Source: Syntrophomonadaceae bacterium
GTDB lineage: Bacteria; Bacillota; Syntrophomonadia; Syntrophomonadales; Syntrophomonadaceae
Assembly: GCA_963677185.1 (NCBI GenBank)
Contig: OY781889.1
Location: 2,249,510 to 2,313,509 of the forward strand
Direction of reading: 5' to 3'
Length of the DNA stretch: 64,000 bases
The position numbers and the translations under genes were made by a program. Of the stretch, positions 1 through 9,269 are shown one piece after another. The notes beneath the pieces are model-generated. The model did no database searches. It was given only the letters and a program-made list of their open reading frames with translations, and had not been told where the DNA came from. How positions within the stretch are numbered: the first letter of the stretch is position 1; each line of letters begins with the position of its first letter.

Positions 1-2
1 CC

Positions 3-2684
3 GTGAATTCTCCCGGACCAGCCAGCAGCTACAAACGAAAGGTGCGAATAACCGCAGGCACCGTTAATAAAGAGGCCTTTTTCGTAGTGCGCCCCAATGA
101 GGCTCCGGCTGTTGAATCAATCAGTATTAATGGAACACCGGTCACTAAAGATGACCAGGCTTTTTCGGTCGGCACGTTAAAAATTGAAGCGGCTGCCAGC
201 GGAAATGCCCTGGCCATGAATCTTTACAAGATGCTTGATAAAACCCCGGAAAAGCTGATCCCGGGCCAGGTACTGGGAAACAAGCTGAACGTCTCGGTTC
301 CATTTACGTCCAGCGGAGTATATACTTTGCGCTTCACGGCGGTAAATAGCGAGAATGAAAACATTCCGAAGGATGTTCGCATTGTGGTGGGTAATCCCAA
401 ACCGGTGATAAGCGAAGTCGATCCCATGAGCGGTGATCCCAATGCCGGGATCACCCTGACCATAAAGGGAACTGGATTCGTCGGTTATTCAGATAAGGTA
501 GAGGTGGTTGCGCTGACACCGAAGGACGCTTCGGGAACCAAGTATTCAACCAAAAACACCGGTGACACACAGATTAAAATGCTTTCAGCAACGGCAACCT
601 CTACAACGGTGACCCTGCCTAAAGGCATGAAAGACGGCGATTATGCGGTATGGATAGCCAAGAATTGGTCTGGCAGCGAGTCCTGTTTTGAAAAAGACGG
701 TCAGAAGCTATATTTCAAAGTGCAATCTGATTCCAAAGCCAAAATAACCAATTTATCCCCCCTGAGCACCGACCTGCTTGGGACGACCAAAATGGTAATT
801 GACGGCACCGGGTTCAAGGGGCTGTATTCCGGTGTTGACACCCTGACTCTAATGGCTGTGGATCCGGCCGGTACTGATTATTCAACTAAAAACACCGGAC
901 AGACTAAAATCAGCGATTTGCAGATAACCGATACAAAGATAACCGCAACTTTGCCGGCCGGAATGAAGCTGGGCGATTACGAGGTCTGGATCAGCAAAGT
1001 CAGCGCCGGGAGCAAGGTGGCGGTATGCTATGAACAGAACGGAGAGAAAGTGCTGTTCAAGGTTAGCCTTATTGCAGTTCCCAGCATTTATGTATATCCG
1101 GTTGCTCGCGAGACCGCGCAGGGCATGGCCGCGATGGCCCAGCCCCTGTTCGACATAATGCCCCTCGATAATGTTTATGCAGGTGACAGGTTAAGATTCC
1201 GGGTCAAGCTGGACAAAGGATCCGAAGGGGCCAGCGTGAATGTTTTGCTAGACGGACAGTACCGGATTGAGCTGCCATACCAGTCCAGTGATTTGGTTGA
1301 TGGCCAGCGATTATATGAAAAGACGATCCAGATAAACACACCGGGTTTGAAAAGCAACGGCTATGTAAGGGACGTGAAGATCGAGCTGGTCAAGAACGGC
1401 AAATCTGAATTTAAAAGCACCAATGACTATGATGGCAAATCGCTAAATATAAAGGTTATGCCAGACGAGCTCAGGCCGTTGAACACTCCGGAACTGAAGG
1501 TTGGTGACACGAAAACCAGCAGCATTGAGCTTTCCTGGAATTCTGTGCCGGGTGCGACAAGCTATGTGTTGCAGCGCAGCACAGACGATAATTTCAAAGT
1601 GAATCTGCAAACGTTTACTATACCAGCAAGCACTGAAAATACGGTGCATTATTCTGACAAATCCATAGTAGTCGGCGAAGTCTACGGCTACCGGGTTTTA
1701 GCAAGAGGTGACAGGCCGGACAGCCCATTTTCCCAGGTAGCAGTTGCTATTGCCAACGAAACCAGGACCGTGGGGATTTTTACTATCAGAAATGCTTTGA
1801 AAAATACTTCGGGAAGTCCGACCGTTAACTGGCTGACGGATTCATTTATAATTGATTCTTTTAAAGCCCAGAAGAGCGGTCAGAACGGATGGCTGGTGGA
1901 CATGAACGTGTTCAACCGGAGCCTCCAGTTGACCGAGATGTCCTGCGATGCCGTGGTTATTATTAAAGACAAGTCGAACAAGATAAAAGGGCTTTATCCG
2001 GTATCAGGAATATCTACTCCCGGTGGCACTTTTGAAGAGCTATACGAAGGATTTTCCTTACTCGGGCAGAGCTTCACCGACAGCTATGAATGGGGGGACG
2101 TTCGTGAACAACTGGGCAGCGCCAGGCTAACCCCGCTCACCGGTCTCAAGGTTGAGGCAGGCGATCAGATTATCATAACTAAAACCGATGATATGGCGCT
2201 GGGATTGTCGACCTACACCCTGGTGAAAGCAATATGGGGCATGAAGGGCAATGAGCTTTTTACCAAAGATGACGCGGCAGAAAAGCTGATGATCGAGAAC
2301 ATGGGGGAAGAGGTGTGCAAAGACGGGGTGAAAAAGCTGGCCCTGGCATACATTAACGATGGATATATATCCCTGGACGAGATCCCCGAAGTGGGTCAGC
2401 TGTTCGTGGACGCTGCCATCAAATCGGCCCCGGGAGAGGTTCAAAAGCAAATGCTGAAGAAATTTGCCGCTAACGCGCTGATCGATCTAGATGATATTGA
2501 CAAGAAGCCGGCGGCAACTATAGTTAAAACAATGACTAAAACCCTGGCCTGGCGGGAGCTCATTATGCAGGTGGCCAGATGCACCGGAGACTTCCAGGAG
2601 CTGTTGAAACTGATTTCCGATCCCAGCCTGGCTAAAGAGGATATAACCATTACGGTGCCCGAACCCAGCCTTTATGAAAATTAA
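3..2684 (+). CDS. Large cell-surface protein, 5'-truncated at the window edge. Tandem IPT/TIG-like Ig-fold repeats, one Fn3-like module, and an unassigned ~300-aa C-terminal domain.
   Basis: The ORF is open from the window edge. Repeated ~90-aa units carry GTGF(K/V)G...V motifs. An Fn3-like stretch reads SWNSVPGATSYVLQRS. The ORF ends at TAA 2682-2684. Confidence 0.6.
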   Translation: MNSPGPASSYKRKVRITAGTVNKEAFFVVRPNEAPAVESISINGTPVTKDDQAFSVGTLKIEAAASGNALAMNLYKMLDKTPEKLIPGQVLGNKLNVSVPFTSSGVYTLRFTAVNSENENIPKDVRIVVGNPKPVISEVDPMSGDPNAGITLTIKGTGFVGYSDKVEVVALTPKDASGTKYSTKNTGDTQIKMLSATATSTTVTLPKGMKDGDYAVWIAKNWSGSESCFEKDGQKLYFKVQSDSKAKITNLSPLSTDLLGTTKMVIDGTGFKGLYSGVDTLTLMAVDPAGTDYSTKNTGQTKISDLQITDTKITATLPAGMKLGDYEVWISKVSAGSKVAVCYEQNGEKVLFKVSLIAVPSIYVYPVARETAQGMAAMAQPLFDIMPLDNVYAGDRLRFRVKLDKGSEGASVNVLLDGQYRIELPYQSSDLVDGQRLYEKTIQINTPGLKSNGYVRDVKIELVKNGKSEFKSTNDYDGKSLNIKVMPDELRPLNTPELKVGDTKTSSIELSWNSVPGATSYVLQRSTDDNFKVNLQTFTIPASTENTVHYSDKSIVVGEVYGYRVLARGDRPDSPFSQVAVAIANETRTVGIFTIRNALKNTSGSPTVNWLTDSFIIDSFKAQKSGQNGWLVDMNVFNRSLQLTEMSCDAVVIIKDKSNKIKGLYPVSGISTPGGTFEELYEGFSLLGQSFTDSYEWGDVREQLGSARLTPLTGLKVEAGDQIIITKTDDMALGLSTYTLVKAIWGMKGNELFTKDDAAEKLMIENMGEEVCKDGVKKLALAYINDGYISLDEIPEVGQLFVDAAIKSAPGEVQKQMLKKFAANALIDLDDIDKKPAATIVKTMTKTLAWRELIMQVARCTGDFQELLKLISDPSLAKEDITITVPEPSLYEN

Positions 2685-2721
2685 GCCAAGGGCAATTCGG
2701 AAATGCCTGACTATATTCGGG

Positions 2722-3021
2722 CTATTCGCGCGGGCTGCGTACCAGTTCGAGGGTAACCGGATTGCTCGGATCAGGGCAGATAAGAGTAATGGTATCATCC
2801 TGCCACCAGGGCATGCTGCCTCCGAACTGGAAGGTCTGCAAATCGCCAAAAATGGTATGAAAGAAAAAACCGCATAAATCGCCTGGATTAAGACAACTGA
2901 TTTCGAACTGCTGGCCTTCCTGGTGGCAGGCTACGCAGTGCCCCTTGACACTAACTATGCGTGCTGCAACCTTCATGCCCAGAGTGCCGTGTATTGACAT
3001 GGCTGACTCCTCCCATACCAT
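2722..3021 (-). CDS. Hypothetical 99-aa protein with a single CxxCH (c-type haem-binding-like) motif. It may be a gene remnant.
   Basis: An ORF with a GHCVACHQ motif. It has no signal peptide and no clear RBS, and lies just downstream of a hairpin at 3036-3060. Confidence 0.2.
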   Translation of the reverse strand: MVWEESAMSIHGTLGMKVAARIVSVKGHCVACHQEGQQFEISCLNPGDLCGFFFHTIFGDLQTFQFGGSMPWWQDDTITLICPDPSNPVTLELVRSPRE

Positions 3022-3077
3022 AAATCACGGGGACGGTTTAAGCCGTCCCCTGTGTTTTATTGTGCCTTTAACCCTCG

Positions 3078-3296
3078 CTATTTCTGATTCAAATATTCTA
3101 CATAGCGGACCATTTGTGGATTTTCTTCAACATAACGGTAGTTAGGATTATTGTCTCCCCGGGCCGCCTGGCAGAAGGGGCAGAAAAAATGAAGGCGTAT
3201 TTTCCCCGGACTTTCCACAATCTCCCCCATGAATTTAATTGTTGCCGCCGGAAATTCCTTCTTGCAGCTGTCGCAATGTAATAATACTGCCAACAC
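3078..3296 (-). CDS. Small zinc-ribbon protein (CxxC...CxxC), 72 aa.
   Basis: GTG start preceded by AGGAGA-N5. Two CxxC pairs (HCDSCK and FCPFCQ). Confidence 0.45.
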   Translation of the reverse strand: MLAVLLHCDSCKKEFPAATIKFMGEIVESPGKIRLHFFCPFCQAARGDNNPNYRYVEENPQMVRYVEYLNQK

Positions 3297-3333
3297 TCAT
3301 TCTCCTTCGCAATACAATTTTACAAATTTTAAT

Positions 3334-3858
3334 CTATGACCAGCGATCGAAACGAAGCATGTCTTTAAGCGTGCGCCGATCAGGAGTTTCCGGTTGGGCT
3401 GCGGCCTTGCCGATGGGAATCAGCGAAACCACTCGGAAATCTTCAGGCAAGCCGAGCACTTCGCGCATCGCTTTGGGATCAAAGCCGCCCACCCAGCACG
3501 CTCCGTAACCGAGAGCATGGGCCGCCAATAGAATATTCTCGGTAGCATTAGCGGCATCGAGGGAGCTAAAATAATTGCGGCCTTTGTCTCCATATTTGGC
3601 GGAGCGCTCTGGATCAACGCAAACCGCTACCACCAGAGAAGCAAGGGAGATAATTTCCTGGTCGAAGGCCGCTGCCCTGACCCGGGCTTTCTGTTCGCTA
3701 TTTTTCACTACGATAAAAAACAAGGGCTGCAGATTGCCGGCCGAAGGCGCCATGCGTCCTGCGTCTAGAATGGCCATCAGATCATCTTCGGCTACCACCT
3801 CGCCAGCCTGAAAGCTCCGGATACTGCGACGGGTCATTAAGGCTTCCATTGCATCCAT
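3334..3858 (-). CDS. Nitroreductase family protein.
   Basis: TRRSIRSF at the N-terminus. SAGNLQP, and a GYGACWVGGFD-type dimer interface. Confidence 0.8.
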   Translation of the reverse strand: MDAMEALMTRRSIRSFQAGEVVAEDDLMAILDAGRMAPSAGNLQPLFFIVVKNSEQKARVRAAAFDQEIISLASLVVAVCVDPERSAKYGDKGRNYFSSLDAANATENILLAAHALGYGACWVGGFDPKAMREVLGLPEDFRVVSLIPIGKAAAQPETPDRRTLKDMLRFDRWS

Positions 3859-4047
3859 CCTGTAAACACCTCCAATGTATCTTTTACTGGAAAAATTAGG
3901 TCATAAGCGCTAAAAAGTGTGAATAATGAATATATACTACAATCTATCATATGATGACAGGTATCGCTATAATTTGATAAAGAGTTTTTTTCTTTCTGGT
4001 TAGTTGCCAGCGATAGGCACCAGAGAACGGAAGGAGATGCTGCCAGC

Positions 4048-4767
4048 TTGAAAATATGGACGACTAAAAGCGGGCACCAGGTGTTTCGGGTATTAAAAGG
4101 GCGCTGCAACGTATTCCTGGTGTATAACGGCAGTAATTATTTTATGGTGGACACCGGTGGCCGCCTGCAATGGGACAGTCTGTTTAACTCCCTTGACGCA
4201 CTGGCCATAAATGAAAAAGTACTTCAAGCAGTGATAATGACTCATACCCATTTTGATCATGCAGAAAACGCCGCAAAAATTAAGGAATATTATAAGCCCT
4301 CATTTTATGTACACCAGAGCGAAGCTGCTTATCTGGAAAAGGGGGATAGTCCTTTGCCGGGAGGAAGCCTGGTAATTACCCGCTGGTTTACGAACCAGCT
4401 GGCCGGGAGACCGGGGATGAGATTCCCGTATCAGCCGGTGATCCCGGATATTATGGTGGAGGATTCATGCAATATGGATTCAACCGGTTTTAACGCGGTT
4501 ATTATGCATACTCCGGGTCATTCATCTGGTTCACTTAGTGTGATTGTAGATGGAGAGATCGCTATTGTCGGCGATACCATGTGGGGGCTCACGGAAAACG
4601 CTGTTTTTCCGCCTTTTGCCGACCAGCCTCGTTTGCTCGTGGAAAGCTGGAGAAAGCTGCTGGAAACCGGGTGCCGCCTGTTTCTTCCCGCTCACGGAAG
4701 CGAACGCAAACGCTCACTGGTGGAGAAACAGTTCCAGCGGTTCAAAGTCATATACGATCTGGAGTAA
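4048..4767 (+). CDS. MBL-fold metallo-hydrolase.
   Basis: THTHFDHAENAAK (HxHxDH) metal-binding motif. TTG start downstream of GGAAGGAG. Confidence 0.8.
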   Translation: MKIWTTKSGHQVFRVLKGRCNVFLVYNGSNYFMVDTGGRLQWDSLFNSLDALAINEKVLQAVIMTHTHFDHAENAAKIKEYYKPSFYVHQSEAAYLEKGDSPLPGGSLVITRWFTNQLAGRPGMRFPYQPVIPDIMVEDSCNMDSTGFNAVIMHTPGHSSGSLSVIVDGEIAIVGDTMWGLTENAVFPPFADQPRLLVESWRKLLETGCRLFLPAHGSERKRSLVEKQFQRFKVIYDLE

Positions 4768-4832
4768 TATGCGGACACGACAAAAGGTGACGGTTCTTTT
4801 GCATCCAAAAGAACCGTCACACCGGCAGTTGA

Positions 4833-5591
4833 TCAGTCAAAAGGGCAGCTCGTATAGCACTTGAAGCAAAAATACTGGAATCCAATCAGCTGGGCCTGGT
4901 ACATGCGCATGAAATCAAGGCTGCTGACCATCTTTTTCTGTTCTTCAGGAGTGCTGCCGGTAAAGCGGCGCCAGAAGCCGATATTTGCCCCCAGTCCGTA
5001 TGGCTGGGAAACCCGGAGGCATTTCATAACGTCAGTTTTGCCTTCTTCATCCAGGGCTCCAGCCGGGCATTCCTCCACGCAAAGCATACAGTCGTTGCAT
5101 AAAGATTCCTCAATCACCGGATCGGACTCCAGTTCCAGGTCGGTTAACACTCCCATAAATAGAATTCTTGAGCCCAATCGGGGATGGATAACCAGGTTGT
5201 GCCGGCCAAATGTGCCCAATCCAGCGGCAACCGCGGCGTGACGCAGGGATACTTCTCCGACCGTGCCCATGGCCTTGGGCGTAAAGCTCTGGGGATAAGA
5301 CAGTGGAATGCTCATAGCTCTGCCGCCCAGACTTTTCTCGACAAAGCGGGTCATTTCATAAGAGCTATGACGCGCATATTCCATAACGTCCAGACGGCCG
5401 TTCATAGCCAGCTGCGGGCTGGGGCTTTCGCAATGAGACATTTCTTTTACAGTCATAACAATAATGGAGCGCGCTTCCGGGAACAGATCCTTTATTGGGG
5501 GAGAAAGCGGGCTGTTGTAGCGCTCCACCGAAGTGATCCCCACGTCGTCTGCACCCAATTTCAGAGCAAATGCTTTGATTTTTTCCTTCAT
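4833..5591 (-). CDS. QueG-like (epoxyqueuosine-reductase-related) Fe-S protein. It has the DUF1730-type N-terminal region plus one CxxCxxCxxxCP 4Fe-4S motif and lacks the C-terminal HEAT domain.
   Basis: AAVAAGLGTFGRHNLVIHP resembles QueG AERAGIGF. CNDCMLCVEECP is a ferredoxin motif. Paralogous to ORF 19242..19961. Confidence 0.6.
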   Translation of the reverse strand: MKEKIKAFALKLGADDVGITSVERYNSPLSPPIKDLFPEARSIIVMTVKEMSHCESPSPQLAMNGRLDVMEYARHSSYEMTRFVEKSLGGRAMSIPLSYPQSFTPKAMGTVGEVSLRHAAVAAGLGTFGRHNLVIHPRLGSRILFMGVLTDLELESDPVIEESLCNDCMLCVEECPAGALDEEGKTDVMKCLRVSQPYGLGANIGFWRRFTGSTPEEQKKMVSSLDFMRMYQAQLIGFQYFCFKCYTSCPFD

Positions 5592-5660
5592 AACTTACAT
5601 CCTTTCTGTAAATATAATTAATTGTCATTAGTTGTATATACACATAATATGGCAACAAAA

Positions 5661-6125
5661 TCAGGGCAGGCGCCGGTTTAACTCTTTTAACCGGTTCAGC
5701 AGGCCATCCAGCCATTCCGCGCCGAATTCGCTTTCCAATCCAGCCTGGGTTTGCTGCCAGACCGGGATAGCCTTTTCGAGCATTTCCCATCCGCTTTCTG
5801 TAAGAGCGATCAGTTGCTCGCGCCGGTCTTCGCCGTCCATCAGCTGAATCAGACCCTTGCTGGCCAGTAAACGGGCATTGCGGCTGAGAGTGCTTCTATC
5901 CATGCCCAGGGCTTTGGCCATATTTTTTATGGAAGCCTTTTTTTGAATTGCCGTCCCCATCATAACCGAAAACTGGGTGCTTTTAATGCCCAGCTCGCTG
6001 AAGGCCTGGTCATAGGCGTGGCTTACCAGACGAGCACTCTTGCGAAGGTTGAAACTGACGCAAGAACGGGATATTTCGCCTGCCAGACGGGGATCAATCC
6101 TGGGGTTTTCCTGACTCATAATTAG
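5661..6125 (-). CDS. MarR-family transcriptional regulator.
   Basis: Winged-helix MarR signature (STQFSVMM...LGMDRSTLSRNARLLASKGLI). Start assigned to MSQENP, which has a GGTGG RBS. The tabulated ORF extends further 5'. Confidence 0.8.
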   Translation of the reverse strand, partial: LIMSQENPRIDPRLAGEISRSCVSFNLRKSARLVSHAYDQAFSELGIKSTQFSVMMGTAIQKKASIKNMAKALGMDRSTLSRNARLLASKGLIQLMDGEDRREQLIALTESGWEMLEKAIPVWQQTQAGLESEFGAEWLDGLLNRLKELNRRLP

Positions 6126-6288
6126 CCACCGCTTTTCGTCGCCATTTCTTAATGAGAGTATATACACGTATCGGACGATCTGCAAGTGGAATTGTTTCAC
6201 ATAAGCGGTTTATAATCTGGCGATGTTATTATCGTGCAAATACTGTTATTTACTTCGATGAATTTTGATATAATAGCGGCATCTGTCA

Positions 6289-6822
6289 ATGGAAAGGATG
6301 AAAAAAGTGAGTAAAAATCCAGTTGTAACCATTACCATGGAAAATGATAATCAGATCGTTTTAGAGCTCTATCCCGAAATCGCCCCGATATCAGTTAAGA
6401 ACTTTGTCCAGTTGGTCCAGCAAGGCTTTTATAATGGAGTAGGATTCCACCGAGTTATCCCGGGATTTATGATACAAGGGGGATGTCCGGACGGAAACGG
6501 AATGGGTGGACCTGGGTATCAGATCAAAGGTGAATTTGCTCGCAACGGTGTAACCAACGATCTGTTGCACGAACGCGGAGTGCTTTCCATGGCCAGGTCA
6601 GCTATGCCAGATTCAGCAGGTTCCCAGTTCTTTATCATGGTGGCTGACGCTCCGTTCCTGGACGGCGATTATGCAGCTTTTGGACGGGCTATTAGCGGCA
6701 TGGAGGAAGCCGACCGCATAGTGGCAAGCAAAACCGATTATTCTGACAAGCCGATTCAGGCCCAGATCATGAAAACGGTTACTGTCGACACCTTCGATGC
6801 CGAGGAGCAGGACGGCCGTTAA
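6289..6822 (+). CDS. Cyclophilin-type peptidyl-prolyl cis-trans isomerase.
   Basis: FHRVIPGFMIQGGCP, GYQIKGEF, and SMARS...GSQFFI motifs. Confidence 0.85.
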   Translation: MERMKKVSKNPVVTITMENDNQIVLELYPEIAPISVKNFVQLVQQGFYNGVGFHRVIPGFMIQGGCPDGNGMGGPGYQIKGEFARNGVTNDLLHERGVLSMARSAMPDSAGSQFFIMVADAPFLDGDYAAFGRAISGMEEADRIVASKTDYSDKPIQAQIMKTVTVDTFDAEEQDGR

Positions 6823-6829
6823 AATGGAT

Positions 6830-7717
6830 TCACATCCACCTTACCCGCGCCAGAGAGCGCAGTACACCGCGCTGGTAACGGAAGCGCGGGTAACCGACGA
6901 TCATAGATGCGGTTACTTCCTGGTCGTCTTCGAGTTGCAGCATTTGCCTGAGCTCCGGTGATCGACTAATGGCCGGAGGGATCAGGGAAATCGCCGTGGC
7001 CCCGAGACCCAGGGCATGAGCAGCCAGCAAACCGTATCCGACCGCGATATAAGCGTCATTAGTGTGGCTTTCGGCCAGCTTCTTTGCATGAAAGAGTATT
7101 AGAACAGGCGCGCCGCGGGCTATTTCGTCCCGGCCGCCTTTTTTCATATCAGGCATTTTAATCTTTAGAATCGGTATCAAGTGATTCTGCATGGAGGAAA
7201 AGGTTTCGGGTCCGGCGTCACGCTTAATAAAGAAACGCTTCACGGGGTTGGCGAACCATTTCAAGAGACGGTCATAGAAATCGATCATATAAGGCAGCAT
7301 TTTTTCAATCTCACCCCGGTTCTGGATGACAGTCAGTTCAGTTTTATGAGGTGGGAAACCCATCGGGGCCTGGGCGATGGCTGCAACAATTTTTTCCAGG
7401 AGATCGCGCGGCACGGGCTTATCTTTGAAGTTGCGTATTGAACGCCTGGAAGTGGTCAGGTCAATAAAGTCCTGGTAGCCAATGTGTTCCCGGGCCAGCG
7501 GAGTAAAATCAGACTCATAGTTCATATCCCCGGTGATAATCGATTCATTAGGGCAGACCGCCATACACTGACCGCACTCGATACATATCTCCCGGCGCAC
7601 CGGGTTTTGCACGGGAAACTGACCCTTTTCCCAGCTGATGGCCATAGCCGGGCATACCTCAAAACACAATCCGCATTTGCTGCAGGTTTCATTATCTATT
7701 GTCATGACAACAGCCAT
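6830..7717 (-). CDS. 4Fe-4S ferredoxin / nitroreductase-domain fusion protein.
   Basis: N-terminal 2x CxxCxxCxxxCP (CSKCGLCFEVCP and CIECGQCMAVCP) followed by a nitroreductase fold (RRSIRNF). Start placed at MAVVMTID, which has an AAGGAGG RBS. Confidence 0.75.
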   Translation of the reverse strand: MAVVMTIDNETCSKCGLCFEVCPAMAISWEKGQFPVQNPVRREICIECGQCMAVCPNESIITGDMNYESDFTPLAREHIGYQDFIDLTTSRRSIRNFKDKPVPRDLLEKIVAAIAQAPMGFPPHKTELTVIQNRGEIEKMLPYMIDFYDRLLKWFANPVKRFFIKRDAGPETFSSMQNHLIPILKIKMPDMKKGGRDEIARGAPVLILFHAKKLAESHTNDAYIAVGYGLLAAHALGLGATAISLIPPAISRSPELRQMLQLEDDQEVTASMIVGYPRFRYQRGVLRSLARVRWM

Positions 7718-7977
7718 TGCAGGGCCTCCTTCTGGTTTGGCGGCAGGTTGCCGCACTGACCGGACATGATTTATGTACTATTCTACATGCTCGCATCGGA
7801 CATATCCAGCCCGGCCAGGAAAAATCATTGGATTAACATAATATACGCGCAGGTACTTGCCTGCAAAGATGGTAAAAAGCAGAAATATCTTATCGCATTA
7901 TGTCATTTGATGTATTATATTAATATGGCCATTTAGTAATAAGCATTTCCTGTCAAATTCACATTGGATAGCCGGCG

Positions 7978-8001
7978 GCATATGTTTGTACAAGCATATG
8001 C
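7978..8001. promoter_or_regulatory. Near-perfect 24-bp palindrome GCATATGTTTGTACAAGCATATGC, a candidate operator 40 bp upstream of the SBP/kinase operon.
   Basis: Inverted repeat GCATATG-N10-CATATGC with a self-complementary TTGTACAA core. It sits in the promoter region of 8044..11633. Confidence 0.35.
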
Positions 8002-8043
8002 TATCATCATCGTGATCATGGTTATGAAAACGGAGGTGATGAG

Positions 8044-9264
8044 ATGCAGAAAATCCGGGTTGCCATTATAGCCGTATTAACAGCTGTAATTTGCTCTTTT
8101 CCCTGTGCCTGCAGCCGCACCTCAAATATGGTAGAGACACGAGTTGCCATTGGTGTTATCCTGCCCTTGAGCGGAGACCTTTCAGACAAGGGCCGGGACA
8201 GCAGCAGGGGAGTTATCCTGGCTATTGAAGAAATCAATGCGGCCGGCGGCATTGAGTCAATGGGAGGGGCAAAGGTAGAAGCTGTTTTCGCAGACAGCGC
8301 CGGTGATACTGGCACTGGCATCAAGCAAGTGGAACACCTTATAAATAACGAAAAAGTATGCGCCGTGATTGGAGCATATCAGAGCAGTGTCACCAAATCC
8401 GCAACCCTGACCGCAGAAAAGCTCAAAACCCCCTTTATCGTCGAAATGGCTATTGCTGATGTTATCACCGAGCGGGGATTCCGCTATACCTTTCGCATTG
8501 CTCCCAAAGCATCGGATTATGGAAAAGTCCAGGTTGAGTTTTTGGACAGCCTGGGTTCAACTTCCGGTTACACAGTGAAAAAGGTAGCCCTGATCCATGA
8601 GAATACTGATTTTGGCACTGCTGCCGCCCTGGCCCAAAAAGAGGCCTTACGGCAGCATGGCATGGAACTGGCGGCCGAGATCAGCTATGTAGCTGAAGGT
8701 GTCACCGATTTGCACCAGCAGGTGAATGATTTGCTGGCATCTCAACCGGATGCAATCCTGGAAGCGGCCTACCTGTCCGATAGTGTTCTTATTAAACGTG
8801 AGCTTTCTGCTTCTGGAATGGACATTCCGATGGTGGATTCAGCCGGGGGGACGGTGTCTCCTGAATATGTAGAAAGCCTGGGTGTGCTGGCAGAAGGAAG
8901 CTTTACGGTGGTTGAATACTCGAAATACGATGAGAGTGGAGCGGCGTTGAATAATCGCTTCAAGGAGCGTTTTAACGTTGATATTAATGGAGACAGCGCC
9001 TATGCCTACCAGGCTGTATGGCTATTAAAAGAAGCTCTGGAGAAAGCTGGCTCTGCCGATCGGGAAGCGTTAAGAAGAGAGCTGGCCACAACCGACATGC
9101 CCAGTGGACCGCATATGATTCTGCCGGCCGAACGCTTGCGCTTTAATAAAGACGGCCAGAATGAATATGCTCCACTTTTTATATCCCAGATCCAGAATGG
9201 CGAAATGGTTCCCGTATGGCCTTCAGACATAGCGGTCAGGCAGGCATGGATTAATGGCAGGTGA
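8044..9264 (+). CDS. Periplasmic solute-binding lipoprotein, Peripla_BP_6 / Leu-Ile-Val-binding (LivK-like) type.
   Basis: Lipoprotein signal peptide ending CAC. VAIGVILPLSGDLSDKGRDSSRG is typical of LivK-family binding proteins. No ABC permease or ATPase genes are adjacent. Confidence 0.8.
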   Translation: MQKIRVAIIAVLTAVICSFPCACSRTSNMVETRVAIGVILPLSGDLSDKGRDSSRGVILAIEEINAAGGIESMGGAKVEAVFADSAGDTGTGIKQVEHLINNEKVCAVIGAYQSSVTKSATLTAEKLKTPFIVEMAIADVITERGFRYTFRIAPKASDYGKVQVEFLDSLGSTSGYTVKKVALIHENTDFGTAAALAQKEALRQHGMELAAEISYVAEGVTDLHQQVNDLLASQPDAILEAAYLSDSVLIKRELSASGMDIPMVDSAGGTVSPEYVESLGVLAEGSFTVVEYSKYDESGAALNNRFKERFNVDINGDSAYAYQAVWLLKEALEKAGSADREALRRELATTDMPSGPHMILPAERLRFNKDGQNEYAPLFISQIQNGEMVPVWPSDIAVRQAWINGR

Positions 9265-9269
9265 GATAA

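Noticed and set aside
2674-2877. 67-aa plus-strand ORF starting inside the stop region of the surface-protein gene.
   Set aside because: Its ATG overlaps the preceding stop codon with no RBS, and it runs antisense to the small CxxCH ORF. There is no support for it.
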